Source: Dipteris shenzhenensis (lineage: Eukaryota). Taken from it: 64,000 nt of DNA. Positions 1-12,585 of the stretch are shown here, piece after piece. The stretch lies in NCBI GenBank assembly GCA_047967505.1, contig CM106538.1. One strand, 5' to 3'. The notes under the pieces were generated by a model. That model saw nothing but the letters and a program-made list of their open reading frames with translations. It made no database searches and had not been told where the DNA came from. Every line of letters starts with the position of its first letter. Within the stretch, counting starts at the first letter, position 1. Made by a program: the position numbers and the translations under genes.

Positions 1-17
1 TGCTTTGTCTTGTTGTG
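1..17. mobile_element. Right terminus (TIR) of a second CACAA-type CACTA copy that extends left of the window
   Basis: tgctttgtcttgttgtg is identical to 10743-10759. It is followed by 'tat', which is where the uninterrupted repeat copy reads aaaag|tatg at 17790/17791. Confidence 0.85.
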
Positions 18-2378
18 TATGTTTTCATGTGCCATGTGTGTCAAAGACCATTAAACATTTATTTAAAGAAATATAACCATCCATTGGTAGCACATAGATG
101 ACAAAAGCTTAAGGGATAAGTTCATATAGTTAAAGAATCCATACAAACATAGACCTAGAGAACATTAATTAGAAGCAAGAACACCATAGAAAAATGACAA
201 TTTCATAGACCTAGAGAACATTAATTAGAAGCAAGAACATCATAGAAAATTGATAATTTTTCACTAAGGGAACATTACTAGTTAATTACTCGGTAATAGA
301 TTTGAGCTAGTCATTTAACATAGACCTAAGGTACAGATTACACTAGGTTATAAGCATGGAGCATGCACTTACAACCAAGTCCTCATAAATATAAGAGTTA
401 AAGTAGGGACAAATGAACGTACCCCAGACAAGCAACCAAGAATACTAACCCGGCAACCAAGAATACTAACCCTGCTAGAAGGTGGCTATAGTCTCCCACA
501 GAGAAAACCAAAGAACACTAAGACACAAAAGGTGAAAACTTCCAAAGAACACAGACAACATACGGGTACCCACTTCACTACAACCACGTCACTCTACAAA
601 TATAACAAGCTACGTACACCTGCCCGAAACTATGTTAGAGCTAACTAGGAAGGCCACAATACTAGAATCCTAACCAAACAAGCGGAAAGCAACAAAAAAC
701 CGAGAAGCGGCTGGTAGTACGTAACCAGTGTGCCGAACACCAGCAGACCGTTGAAGTCCACTAACTCGTAACACCCAAGTACCACCGAACAAGCACACGA
801 ACTCCACTAAGAGCAAGCCACAGCGACAGACTAACTATAAGGTATCCACCCGCAATCAAAACCGTGATAGAGGAAAAGAGAAGCACGAAAAGCTACAAGG
901 TACTCAGGTAGGAGGAAGAGGCGTAGGTAAACAAGGCAACAGGATTTAGCTAACTATCCCACCCTGACTTGGATACAGAGACAATGATGACTCAGAACTA
1001 CTACCGTAACTGCAAGCAACGGACTTGTAACACGACGAATACAAGTGTAAGGGTGACCCAGTTATCGTGTACAAGGGTAGTTGCGAGCGAGAACGGGGAT
1101 CATCCGTGAAACAAAGGCAGATAAGGGCTGGTCAAGAAGTAAAGTACGTAACGCAGACCGTGCGCGGATGATGGCCTCCCCAGGTAATAAGCCCAACCAT
1201 GCAGTCAATAAGCATATACGTAAATTATCATACAAGCTAGCAGTGTTAGTGGTCGTGAGCCCGGTTAACCACTGTTGAAAAGCATCAAAGGAGCAAGAGC
1301 CACACCGCGAAGGATCATTACGCTGTGGACGGAACACACGTAATAAGTAACCACACACCTATTTTCCAAGACGGAGACATGTGGTATATTAACGCAGGAC
1401 AAGAGAGACTAACTACAGAACAACGCAAAACCTGCAGGAATAGGCAAGAGCGCAGCGAAGCTTGGGGTAGGGAAACCATTGCAAAAAAACACGTAACCAC
1501 ATTGACAGTGCGCCTTGCACACTAATTAGCCATCATCCACAATAGCCTAACAAGAGACCACGGCAAATCACCAACGGAGAACGACCAGGGGAGCAAGTGT
1601 CCTCAGCTCACGAGAAGAACCAGGAGCCATGCAATACGGTGATTCGGACGGGAGGGTGCACACATAGAAAGAACGTAAATTCTAGAAAGGTCATACTATC
1701 GAAATCCTCCAATTGCTTAGCGCAGTGTAACGCACTATCAAACGTTCTCTCCACAACATAAACGAATATAGCACTAACCAAAGAGAACACCATATTCAGG
1801 GTCGAAGTAGATCCAAGATATCCAGCGAAGAGTTATCCATAAGTGACTTACCTCTAACCCTGCCATGACGTTGTGTTGCGTGGAGGAGGAGGAAGTCGTT
1901 ATGCCAACACCACCAAGATACTAAGCAGCAGCAACCGCGAGCGAGAAGAGGAAGTAAGTCAAGTGAACTAGGCAAGGTCGGTTAGCATAGAGAAGAAGGA
2001 AGGAAGGAGACGCTCAAGGGCGGTGTAAAGGAGGTGGCTGCCACCAGCATCCAGCAAGTTTACCCATAATCATAGCCAATGTTCAGCACATTTCTAGGGG
2101 AAATCACGTGTCCATCCTAGCTCCCAATCTCAATTTAATCTCATCATAACCAGTAGTAAGACCCTAAAATAATGCAGTAAAGTCCACCAATAGATGTGTA
2201 TAACATAATTATTTATTCGACCCAACAGATTCTGCACCTAAAATACTAAGCTAAACAATGTGTGAGGAAAGCGTGTAGGGAGAGCCTTCTATTTAAGTTG
2301 TAATATTAACATTTGCTTCCATCCAAACTTTATCAGTCAAGTTGTAACAGTTACAATTGCTTGCATACACTATTACCA
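18..2378. repeat. Long direct repeat, copy A (pseudo-LTR / tandem unit of the PLE)
   Basis: Colinear with 17791-20142, with mostly transition differences. Similarity ends sharply at ...ctattacca. Both copies share an internal ~56-bp tandem duplication (about 148-260). Confidence 0.95.
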
Positions 2379-3461
2379 TGTAGAAAAGGCCATACTGACA
2401 GAGCCAAGGTATTAGATTAAAGATACGGAACGAGTAAATGTAAAACTATTCTACATACCATTATTGGAGGGATCCCCAGTTTAAATAACTTTGAAGAGTC
2501 ACACAAGATAAGTTGCACTAGTTGAATTAAAATTATGGGTGACTTTTAATAAATATGAAGTCCATCAAATAAGTAGAGAGACCATAATGATTTTATTGCT
2601 TCAATGTTCATGAGTACTATCTCATAAACTTATTACAAGCCAAGATGCACAAAAATTAAGTAAAGAAAGCAAACCACCCAGACATAGAATGTCACTGCAC
2701 TGCTGTATAAAGAAACAATCCATACTAAACCCATGCAGATGTCATAAATTCCATGTGCACAAATCATGTAGAAGGCATCCGGCCTTCTTCATGTGTGACC
2801 TCACAGTAGATCAATCTTCGAGCAAATTAGTGGTACCCTGCATTAACCATAGAATGCACAACATACTGTTAGTGTGAGCAGGAGTAATCAGTATGCAAGA
2901 GTGTGTGTAGTTATATGTGTGCGTGTAAGTGTGTATGTAAGGGTGCACATAGAACTCTGTGTGTGTGCGTGTGGCGCACCCCCAACCCAGAGGATAAGAC
3001 CACATGGTGAGGGGTAACACAACAATACAAAGCAACTATAAACGCGCTTGATAGACGCGCAAAATAGCGGGCGCGTCTATAGGCATTGCTTGAATAGAGA
3101 AATTATGGGTGCATCTAACATCGTGCCTATTTACACGTGTATCGATGCGTCTATTAGTGCATCCACACTGAGAAAATATAGGCCCATCTAACACTGCATC
3201 TGTCAACGTGTCTATTTGTGCGTGTTTTAGCGCATCTATTAGTGCATCTACACTGAGAATTAGATGCGTATTTAGATGTAAAACAGAGAATACAAAAAGT
3301 GAGATTTTGGTATACGTCACTGCTTTCCAAACATTGCCCATGATTACCAAAGCACATAATTTTAACAAAAACATCAATGCAGCTTTTTTGCAAACCTAAA
3401 TTAAGTAAGGTGAGGAGAATGAGATAATATGTAAATTAGTTTTGCCAATATCAATGATGGG

Positions 3462-6400
3462 CTACGGTTCAATTTCATCCTCAATGAGATCAACCCTTGC
3501 CAAACTATCTACTTCAAAATCCAAACAAGTGTTTAGATCTACAAATACATTCAACCCACTACTACTTGTGCTACTCATGTGCTCATCGAAATCAGCATCA
3601 CCAATGGTAGGCTCGTCCTCATGGGTAATGGCCTCAATATCTATATCTCCTATCTCATGATCATCCTCCTCTCTCGTATCACGATCATCATCACCTCCAT
3701 GGCCATGATCATCCTCCATATGCTCCATGTTAGTAAATGTACTATACATCACTTTGGAACGTGGCATAATAGGTATGACACGCCACCATCTATTATTATC
3801 CACCATTCGTTGATAGACAACCTAATTCAAACACAAATACAATCATGTTATTTTCCTTGCATTGAAGGTATCAAATATTTAAAAGCGAGTATTTTTATAT
3901 GTGTGTATAGTACCTATTCACATTGTTATGGTAGTACTAGTGTGTCCTTCTCACTTTGCCAAAACTTTGTGGAGTCAATAGTTACAAAGCCACTTGCATG
4001 GTGTTTGATTGTTGCATTAGGGCCTCTTTCCACCACATCCTTAAACCACTTTACATCCAAAACATACACAAAGAAGTGTCGAAAGTCAAGCTTAATAATA
4101 TCTTGGATTATGCCATAATAATCATCCATGGCTCCATTGGCTCCCTCAAAGCTAGCAATGATGCCACAATCTTGTGTGTTTCTCTTATCATCAATCCGTT
4201 GTGTTCAAAAATGCTTGCCCTCACACCATATCCTCGTATCTTGCCACCCATCTTTTCATCACGTCACTATTAAGCACGCAATAGAAGTTAATATTATTAA
4301 GCAACTCCGTGTCTATTACTTTGTTGCGTCCTTTCCCTTGAGGCACAATAGAGGTCATCCTTAGGTCTTCATCATCTCTCCATAGTCGTGGGAGAGAGCT
4401 ATCCACATCAACAAGAAACTCAGAAATATATACAAGTGACTCTTGTACCAACCAACCCTCGGCCATGCTACCTTTGGGTCTTGCATTTTGTCTCATGAAA
4501 CCCTTCAAGGTCTTCATGAAATGCTTAAGGAAGAACAACCATCGTGCATGTATAGTATCACATATAGTAATCTCATCCACCAAATGCACTATGAGATATA
4601 GTTGGCTTGTGAGAATAGAACGTGGAAATGTCTCCTCCACTAAACAAACCACCTCCACTGACATAACTCAAGCATTCTCAAGCATGGTGGGATCTATTTC
4701 CTTTGAGCTCACATACCTAGAAATCAAAAAGTACACCATATTAGCAATATGAACACCTTGCATGGATCATTGATACGCATCACATTTTGTATCATGTAAA
4801 GTACCTCACAAGCTCACCCATCTTGTAAATACAATCCTTCATGTCTTTCGATGCACTGCGAGAAATGCTAGTATGTAGTATGAACTAAACACACAAGGAA
4901 TGGTTGATTAGTTGCTTCTAATTCACTCACAAGTTTGAAAGGAAAAAGATTCATAAAATACTTACTTGGAGCATCTTGTGCCAATCATGAGATTTCAAGC
5001 CATATAATTGCTCTACACCTCTTTTATTGCTCTTTGTAAAGGCCCCCTTCAAACACCTCATGCATCCAGTGGGAGTACGAATTGTAGTAATAGCACACTT
5101 CATCGCCACCATCTCTAGCTTTGATAACCTCCACGGTGCACGAGGTAAAAAAACACACCCATTTGGTCTCTCTTGTGGCCAAGCTTCATGCATCCTCCCC
5201 ATGGTACGTAGATCCTCCCTTATGCCTATGGAATCTCATGTCCCATTCAAATGTTCCCAAATGGTAGATGCCACATTCTTGAAGATATGCATGGGATCAA
5301 GCAGGTGATTGATCTTGAGGTGGGACCAATATGGTAAATGATAAAAGATGGAGTATCTAAACAAAAGCTGGTGTTAGCGGGCAATCTTTATTTCTAGCCA
5401 ATATAGCACACAATAGTTACAAACCCTTACCGGCTCATGCCAAGTGGTGGAGGAGTCATGGAACCATCCCAAATTCTCATCCAATCTCCCACAGTGAGTG
5501 ATTGTGGGAGGACTTTATTCCAAGGGGCAACATATCTAGGATGATCAGGTGGGAGAAATCGATGGTGATTCTCATAGATGACCTTATTCAATGCGTCTGC
5601 CCGTGAGGCAACAAGCAAAGGACCACAAACAGGACATGCATGGTAACTCGATGTAGTGAGACCTGAATAATAGACGCAATTAAGAGTTGAAGGTGGGTTT
5701 AGGGTGCCACATTCTTTGCCTACTCATAATTAGAAGTGCAATGCTTACCTGAACACTCGCCATAGCCTGGGAAGTCATGCATCATCCACATCAAGACTAC
5801 TTTGTAGTTAAAGTCTTGTGACGAGGGAGCCTGCTCACATCATGCACCTCGATACCTCTCCAAAGTATCTCTAGCTCACCAATCAAAGGCTCCAAATAAA
5901 CATCAGGATTTTCGACTTTATGTTTCCCTGGAATTAGAAGGGATAACATAACATGTCCTTTCTTAATCGCCATAGAGGGTGGAAGATTATAATTCACCAA
6001 TATCACTGGCCATACATTGTAAGACGTGCTTTTGAGACCAAATGGGTTCACACCGTTCATACCCAATCCAAGTCTCAAGCTCCTAGGTTCTTCTTTGAAG
6101 CTTGGCCATGTGTCTTCAATATGCTTCCATGCAAGAGTGTCTGCGGGAGTTCTCCACTTGCCATCGGTTGATCGATGGGAGGAATGCCATGACATGAGCT
6201 CTGCAATGGCACTTGAACATATGTTGGATGCGAGGAATTATGGGAAAATGTCACAGAACCGTATGAGGCACGTCCAAAGTTTTAAGATCTGCTCTATATC
6301 TTGCCTCTCCACGAGTAGGACACTCTCTTGCATCCTTATGTAGTCCACGAAACAAAACACAATCGTTCACGCATGCATGGATGCGCTTGTAATCTAATCC

Positions 6401-7202
6401 TCCAAGAGAGGTCACATGCCTTGCCATATCTCTTGAGGTCGGTAATTTATTCTCCCTTGGAAGCATTTTACACAATAGCCTACACGTGAAGACCATAAAT
6501 GAGAAAAAGCATTCGAGTGATTGACCCACTAGCATAATTCATCATGTTTGCAAAATAGACTTTAAAGCTTACTTGAGTAATGCTTTCAAACTTGCATTGC
6601 TCCATCCATAGATGGTTTGCAAGTTTAGTAACTCAAGGGAGGCATAGAACAGAGAATGTGCATCCCTCAAATAGTGGAGTCGATGCTGCGGTAAAAAGAT
6701 CATCCTACTCCATGCTATCATCCCTCCCTTCGGATTGATGGACATATAAATCCCACACCATATCATCAAACACCTCCTCCTCCACGGCTTCATGAGGTAA
6801 TGGCAGAGGGCTACTATCACCATCACTCCATGCATCCATAACGGTCCCTCCTGAAGATCCCACCTCATATCATCGACGCTTCGCCTCCTCACGACGAGCA
6901 TAGGGCAACATATGCAGATGTGGCACTGCATCCTATATCAAATTAAAATGGGATCATAACTCAAACATATGAAGACCCATAGGTATCTCAATCAACCTTA
7001 ACTCTTTAAGACTTACCATGTTTATAGTCACATCCCATTCTCCATACTTTGAGATGTGATTGAGTGTAATCCTGCGTGCACGATACATGTTTCCTTGACA
7101 TCGATCACACATACATTTGATTTTTTGCTCCAACCACATTTTGCGATGGTGGATACGGAGGGATTCATCCTCACTGGAGCTACTTGTTGAAGATGAAGAC
7201 AT
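3462..7202 (-). pseudogene. CACTA transposase (Tnp2/TnpD; Transposase_21 and DUF4218-like regions), multi-exon, disrupted
   Basis: Fragments: IKCMCDRCQG; YKRIHACVNDCVLFR; AWKHIEDTWPSFKEEPRSLRLGLGMNGVNPF..WPVILVNYNLPP; YGLKSHDWHKMLQ; IVHLVDE..RWLFFLKHFMKTLKGFMRQNARPKGSMAEG; DYYGIIQDIIKLDF; WWRVIPIMPRS. GT-AG introns, frameshifts and stops are present. Confidence 0.92.
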
Positions 7203-7439
7203 CCTACAAATAAACAATCCAAAAAATTTGCTCTTGTATCAAATATTTAATCTTAAAACTCAGTGGCATGTCTAATACCGCGTCTGTCTGTTCTATGGTG
7301 CGCGTCTATAGACACATCTAAAACCACGTCTGCTCTGTGTTATAGATGCGCAATTAAACGCGCATTTAGACGTGTATATAGACACGCAATTAGACGTGCT
7401 TATAGACACGGTTTTCAAAACTACTTTTAGCGCGCTTAC

Positions 7440-7680
7440 TTTTCTTCACATACTTTTAGCATCACGTGGCTTGCTTTGCTATTAACAGACATAGTTTTGA
7501 GCATCCACACTTATCTCTAGGCACCCACACTTATCTCTAGGCTTACACAATCATCTCCAAGCACACAAGAGAAGAGGTTGGACAAGGAAGAGAAGAAAGA
7601 GAAACAAAGGGTGAACAAGGAATAGAAGAAAGAGAAGCAGCTTTGAAGAAGGACAAGAAGCCTCCATACCTCTATCCAAG
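7440..7680. promoter_or_regulatory. Putative bidirectional promoter and 5'-UTR exons of the CACTA element
   Basis: Lies between a minus-strand donor (GTAAGC from 7439; acceptor tag|G-ATG at 7204/7202) and a plus-strand donor (AAG|GTAAGT at 7681; acceptor cag at 8586). Contains G-box cacgtg at 7463 and a 20-bp tandem repeat at 7501-7540. Confidence 0.5.
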
Positions 7681-7959
7681 GTAAGTCTCTTTACGGTTGA
7701 TCTTCTTTGAAAGTTGCTCTCTTTGGATTCGTCCTTTGTCGTATCTAAGAAACGAATGTTTTTGGTACTAGTATTGTGCTTTTGTGTCAGGCGCATGTCC
7801 TTTTTGAGTTTTTAGAATAGCCCGTCTGTCGGAGCGCATCTATATATGCATCTGAGAGCACGTCTATAGATGCATCTACTCTATTTTTGGAAACAAATAG
7901 CCGTGTCTATAGATGCGCTATTATACGCAAAGATAGACGCACTTTGTTATTTTTCCCTA

Positions 7960-8585
7960 GCCTAGCCTTCCCTTCCCTTCCCTTCCCTTCCCTTCCCTTT
8001 CTCTTTCCTCTTCCCTTTCCCTTTCCACTTCCACTTCCAAGAAAAGGATTGCATATTGAATCATGGAAATAAGTGATTGCATGAATGAAGAAAGGGATTA
8101 CATGAATGATGGAAAGGGATTGCATGATTGAAGAAAGGGATTGCATGAATGATGGAAAGGGATTGCATGATTGAAGAAGGGGATTGCATGAATGATGGAA
8201 AGGGAAAGCATGATTGAAAAAAGGGATTGCACTCTATATTTTCCTCTCTTTTTCCTTCTCTCTTTTATCCTCTCTTTCCTTCTCTTTTTGTCTCTCTTTT
8301 TCTCTCTTATCTCCTCTCTTTTTCTCTCTTTTTTTCTCCTCTCTTTTCCTCTATTTTCCTCTCTCTCTCTCTCTCTCTTTTATCCTCTCTTTCCCTCTCT
8401 TTTCGTGGTAATTTTCCTCTCTTATCTCCTCTCTTTTTTTCTCCTCTCTTTTCCTCTCCTTTCTCCTCTCTTTTATCCCCACTTTTCCTCTCTTTTCTAC
8501 TCTTTTTCCTTCTCTCTTTTTCTCCTTTTTTCTCTTCTTTTTCTCTTCTCAAGTCATCAGTAATCTTCTTTTTTTCTTTTTCCCA
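7960..8585. repeat. Low-complexity tract: (CTTCC)n, about 8 units of a gaaagggattgcatgaatgatg-type minisatellite, then a CT-rich run
   Basis: Directly visible; lies inside the predicted first intron of CACTA ORF2. Confidence 0.9.
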
Positions 8586-8592
8586 GTTCATA

Positions 8593-10015
8593 ATGTGGCC
8601 AAGAAGCTCTTTAGGCTCACTTGATCTTCAGGAGACTATCTTCCGGGAGTTATCTAACCTTTTGGGACACCCTCCCAATCCTGGGGAGTTATAGGGCTAC
8701 ATGATGGGTACTCTAAACACCCCCTAAGAGTCGGCACTACAGACTCCAAACCACCCCAACCCCACACCATCTGAGATTACCCCAACAGAGTCAACATAGC
8801 CCAGCTCGCTACACAGTCGAGCCCCTTCCCCCATGCCGTCAGGAGGCCCCTCTACCTCGCAGAGCCATCGGCATACTCCTGTGTAGTCGAGACTCGGTTC
8901 TCCAGCTACGAGTGGTCCACGTAGTCTCGTGCAATCGAGAGTCACTTCTCTAGCTATGAGTGGCTAGCATACTAGCTCGACACGACATAGTAGTCGGCAT
9001 ACTAGTAGGGAGAGTGGTGGGGGATGCATGGCATAGTGCTTTGGGAGGGGTGGTGGTGGGGATGAGGATGATTCAGATGATTTAGACATGCCTCCAGGTG
9101 ATGATACAATCTACTATGACATCACTCAGACAGGAGGCATCTTGATGGATGCACGGGGGAAGGACATCATGGCCTTCATGCGCTCTGTAATTGCTAACAA
9201 TTACAGAGATTGCTTTATCCACTACAAAGACCATCCAAAGAGATTGGCTGATGAGGCCCTCACTGCTGTTCGCTCTAGGTATCCTAACCCCCCCAATGTT
9301 CAGTTCACAGATAAATGGGCCAAGTCAAAGATTGTTATGATACTTGGCAATAAGAGATCTTCGCTTAAGAGGCAGGCACTAGTGGAGCTTGCTAGGCTCG
9401 AGGGAGGTCAATTACCAAGGGGCCCATCCCACACCGCTCACAAGCATGAGTGGAAGAAAGCAATGAAGTTAGCGAGGGAGGAACCCAGTCTGCAGCACGT
9501 GGAGGCACGAAGGATCCAAATGGAGCAATATGGAAGCGTGCATTTTGGAGCAGGGGGTGTTGAATCATGGGAGGACCAATTTGTAAGTATTGATCTTAAA
9601 TTATATTGTTTATGTAGTTTATTAGGAGGTTGTTTCTTTGTACTAACCCCTCCACAAATTGTGTCATCTTACAGCTTGATATCATGGGCAGGTACCCTAC
9701 TCATGTTAAGACAGCCTACCAGTGCCACCATCGCAGAGGAGATACATGGAAGCACTTCTATAATGACGGGTTGATTACTGAGAAGCAGTATATCTGGGCT
9801 ACTGGAGCGCCCCTCGAGGTATTTGAAAGTAATTAAATAATGTCAATATTATAAGCAAAGATTTGATTTTTCATACATTGATATATGTTGTCCCTTGTTT
9901 ACAGGCCCTTGCACAAGAAGATGAAAAAGAAGACGAGGAAAAAGGAGGCGGAGAAGGGAGCGCAAAAGGGAGCGTAGAAGGGAGTGAGGACATGGAGAAC
10001 TTAGATGAATCGTAG
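8593..10015 (+). pseudogene. CACTA accessory ORF2 (TnpA-position protein), three coding exons 8593-9582, 9675-9818, 9905-10015
   Basis: ATG at 8593 is in frame with ORF 9088 (a few stops in an S/P-rich N-terminus). Canonical GT/AG junctions at 9583/9674 and 9819/9904 keep the frame to an acidic tail and TAG. The ORF lies inside the TIRs. Confidence 0.65.
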
Positions 10016-12585
10016 AAGTAGTACTAGCTACTCTTTTTTGTACTTAAAGCCATTGGCTTGGCTTCATGCCTCTTGTCAATACACTCTTTTTATTTTGGCA
10101 CTTAAAGCCACAGGACGTGGCTTAGCTTCGTGCTATATGTACATATAAGCACTTTTTGAGCTATGAATTCTTTTTATTTTTTTGGCTTTCAATTTTCTTG
10201 TGCAACGTTCTATCAATTAATGCCTTGTGAACTAAACGTTTTGGAGTTGTAATGTTTTATTTGGAATTGTAATTGTCGGCTATAGACGTGCTTGCAAGAG
10301 TGCTAATTAAAATGCGGTTGGCTGTAAGAATTGAATTACACAATGTGGAAATGGGATTCCTGTAACTACATAGCATACACAACATACACATCATTCTGTT
10401 CAAGCACACAAAATTTAAAAAATATTATGTAGCGCGTCTATCAGGGCATTTATAAATGCATCTATATATGCGTCTGTCTATTTAAGGGGCATCTATTTGT
10501 GCATCTACAAACGCATCTATAAATGCATCTATAAATGTGTTTAAGGATGTGTGTGTCTGTTTTTTGAATTTTCTAGCAGAGCATCTATTTACACATCTAT
10601 ATGCGCATCTATAGGCATGTCTATCTACTATATAGACATGCCTTTAGATGCGGGTCTCTAGACGTGCAAATAGACGTGTAAATAGACACGCCTGTAAGCT
10701 TTTTTTTAGTTGAGTAAATGCGTCTGTGTGCACGTCTGTAGGTGCTTTGTCTTGTTGTGTAAGCCCACCATGTGAAACTTATTCCTCACCTGTAAAGAGA
10801 TCAATGAGTTTTGAAATCTCAAACTGTAAGCCAGGAAAGGTATTATTTTTCAAGGACTGCACGATATTCTTGGTGATCACATGTGTATTAAAACCATTAT
10901 TCCCAAATAGACCAATTAATCACATTAAATCAATATATTGCCCATGATGTATGTGAAGCATTGTAAATAAGGGGTAACACTTGTGAGACACAAACCTTGT
11001 ATGCAATATTCTTGGGTCTAGTCTAGTTGCATGAAAAGCGAACATTAGAACAAGGTAATTTATCTTTCTTCCAAAAGGTATGTGTTTCATAGCCACCAAT
11101 AAAAGGTCTAGCAGGCATAATGAAAGTATTCAGATAAGTGGTGGGTTTGATAGTGATAATCTTCAAAGGGTAGATACATAGTGGATCATCTGGATCAAAG
11201 GACTTGTTGTCTATGAAACAATCCAAGGCAAACCTATTGTTAATAAATATAAGATCATCCATAAACCGTGCCGAGAGATAGAAGGCTTTTAGTTTCTCCA
11301 TGTCTTTCAGTCTTGATAATTTGAGAATAAATTGGATCTCAAACCAGGCAAGATACAAGTTACACCAAAGTGGTGTTCACATGAGTATCCCATAGGAATA
11401 CCTTTAGTTTGTGCATATATATCTCCACCTAGCTTAGTGAAGCAATTGTCTAGTATAAAGATGTTAAGATTTAAGAAGTCTTTGAAGTTGACTGAACACT
11501 CTTTATATCTCCTTGTCAGCACAAATTGCTTCCTGGTTTTTTTAAACCCGAGGTAGCCAGCTTTACTGAGGATATTGATAAGTTTTTGAAGTGAGTCAAT
11601 AAGGCTAAACCTACCTTGGTGGGGAATGGCTTCATAGCATGACATGATGTCAAAGGTAAATACCGAGAACACACTCGCTGGTAGATTAATAAAAAAGTCA
11701 TACTAGTTGTGGATAATCCAATATGCATTTATGCGGGTGCGGGTAAAGGTCCACAAATCTTTATGAATACTTTCAGTGTATTCTTGAATACCAATATCAA
11801 GGGCAATCAACATTTTGGTAATCAGGGCAGTGATGTTCCTAAACATACAATTGTGAGCATTAGTAAGGCATCTAAATGCTTTTTTATGAGCCTTATACAT
11901 CCCCATGAGATAAGGGAAAGCTACATTAGATGGTTGCTCTATGCCGTATGATAATGAATAGATTCCAACATTTTCTGCAACATCATTTTTTGTGACCTGA
12001 GATATTACAAATTTCGCTGATTCAATTCTTTGCTTGGCAGTAGCAAGCTGCATTAGCTTTTTACATATGAAGGTAGGGGTCTGCAAGGATTTATCTAGCC
12101 TTGAAAATAAAGATGTTGCAAAAGATATTCCACTTCATCCATAATATTTTTGTCTAAAAACCATGGCTTTTGGTTGAACCTATGATTCGAAAAAGTGCTT
12201 TGAATTTGCTTTGAACAATTGCATTAATGCAATCCATATGTTCTGGATAGACATTGATGCCCATCCAGGAGCAAAGCTTAATCCAAGCAATATTTAGCTC
12301 TTTAATAACAGGGTAGGGGTTAATAGGTACAAGGGGAATATGATTGAGGCCTTTTCTCATAAAGTCTTGCAAGGTAGGGTGTCTACAGATCAGGGGTCAG
12401 TAGACAAAACATGGATACCCAGGTTATCAAATTTTTGAGTAAAGGTGCGAAATCTATTAGATGTGGCACAAATGCAAGCTAGGGATAACACTGCTTTGTA
12501 GAAGGTGGCAGCTAAGTTTCGCAGGAATCTCCATCCAAATCCAATATTAAAGGTAGACCATGACTTCTTAATAGCAAAATTTTCA

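Larger units (their letters stand above)
3018..10759. mobile_element. Full-length CACTA/En-Spm DNA transposon with CACAA...TTGTG termini
   Basis: Imperfect TIR: cacaacaatacaaagcaacta (3018) versus the reverse complement of taggtgctttgtcttgttgtg (ends 10759). 3-bp TSD taa at 3015-3017 and 10760-10762. Subterminal tagacgcg/tagatgca-type motif clusters at about 3040-3280 and 10430-10740. Confidence 0.93.

Noticed and set aside
18-2378. True LTR pair of an LTR retrotransposon
   Set aside because: No PBS or PPT, and no gag, protease or integrase between the repeats. The enclosed RT is PLE-type.
8192-8694. Hydrophobic F/L/S-rich ORFs resembling membrane proteins (also 51713-52501 and 32964-33254)
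   Set aside because: Translations of CT-rich low-complexity DNA that is open in several frames.
10763-10790. SECIS interpretation of the hairpin after the PLE stop (some Naiads are selenoproteins)
   Set aside because: No RUGA/GA quartet or apical AA. In-frame TGAs are explained by CpG decay (one is CGA in the duplicate copy), and land plants lack the Sec machinery.
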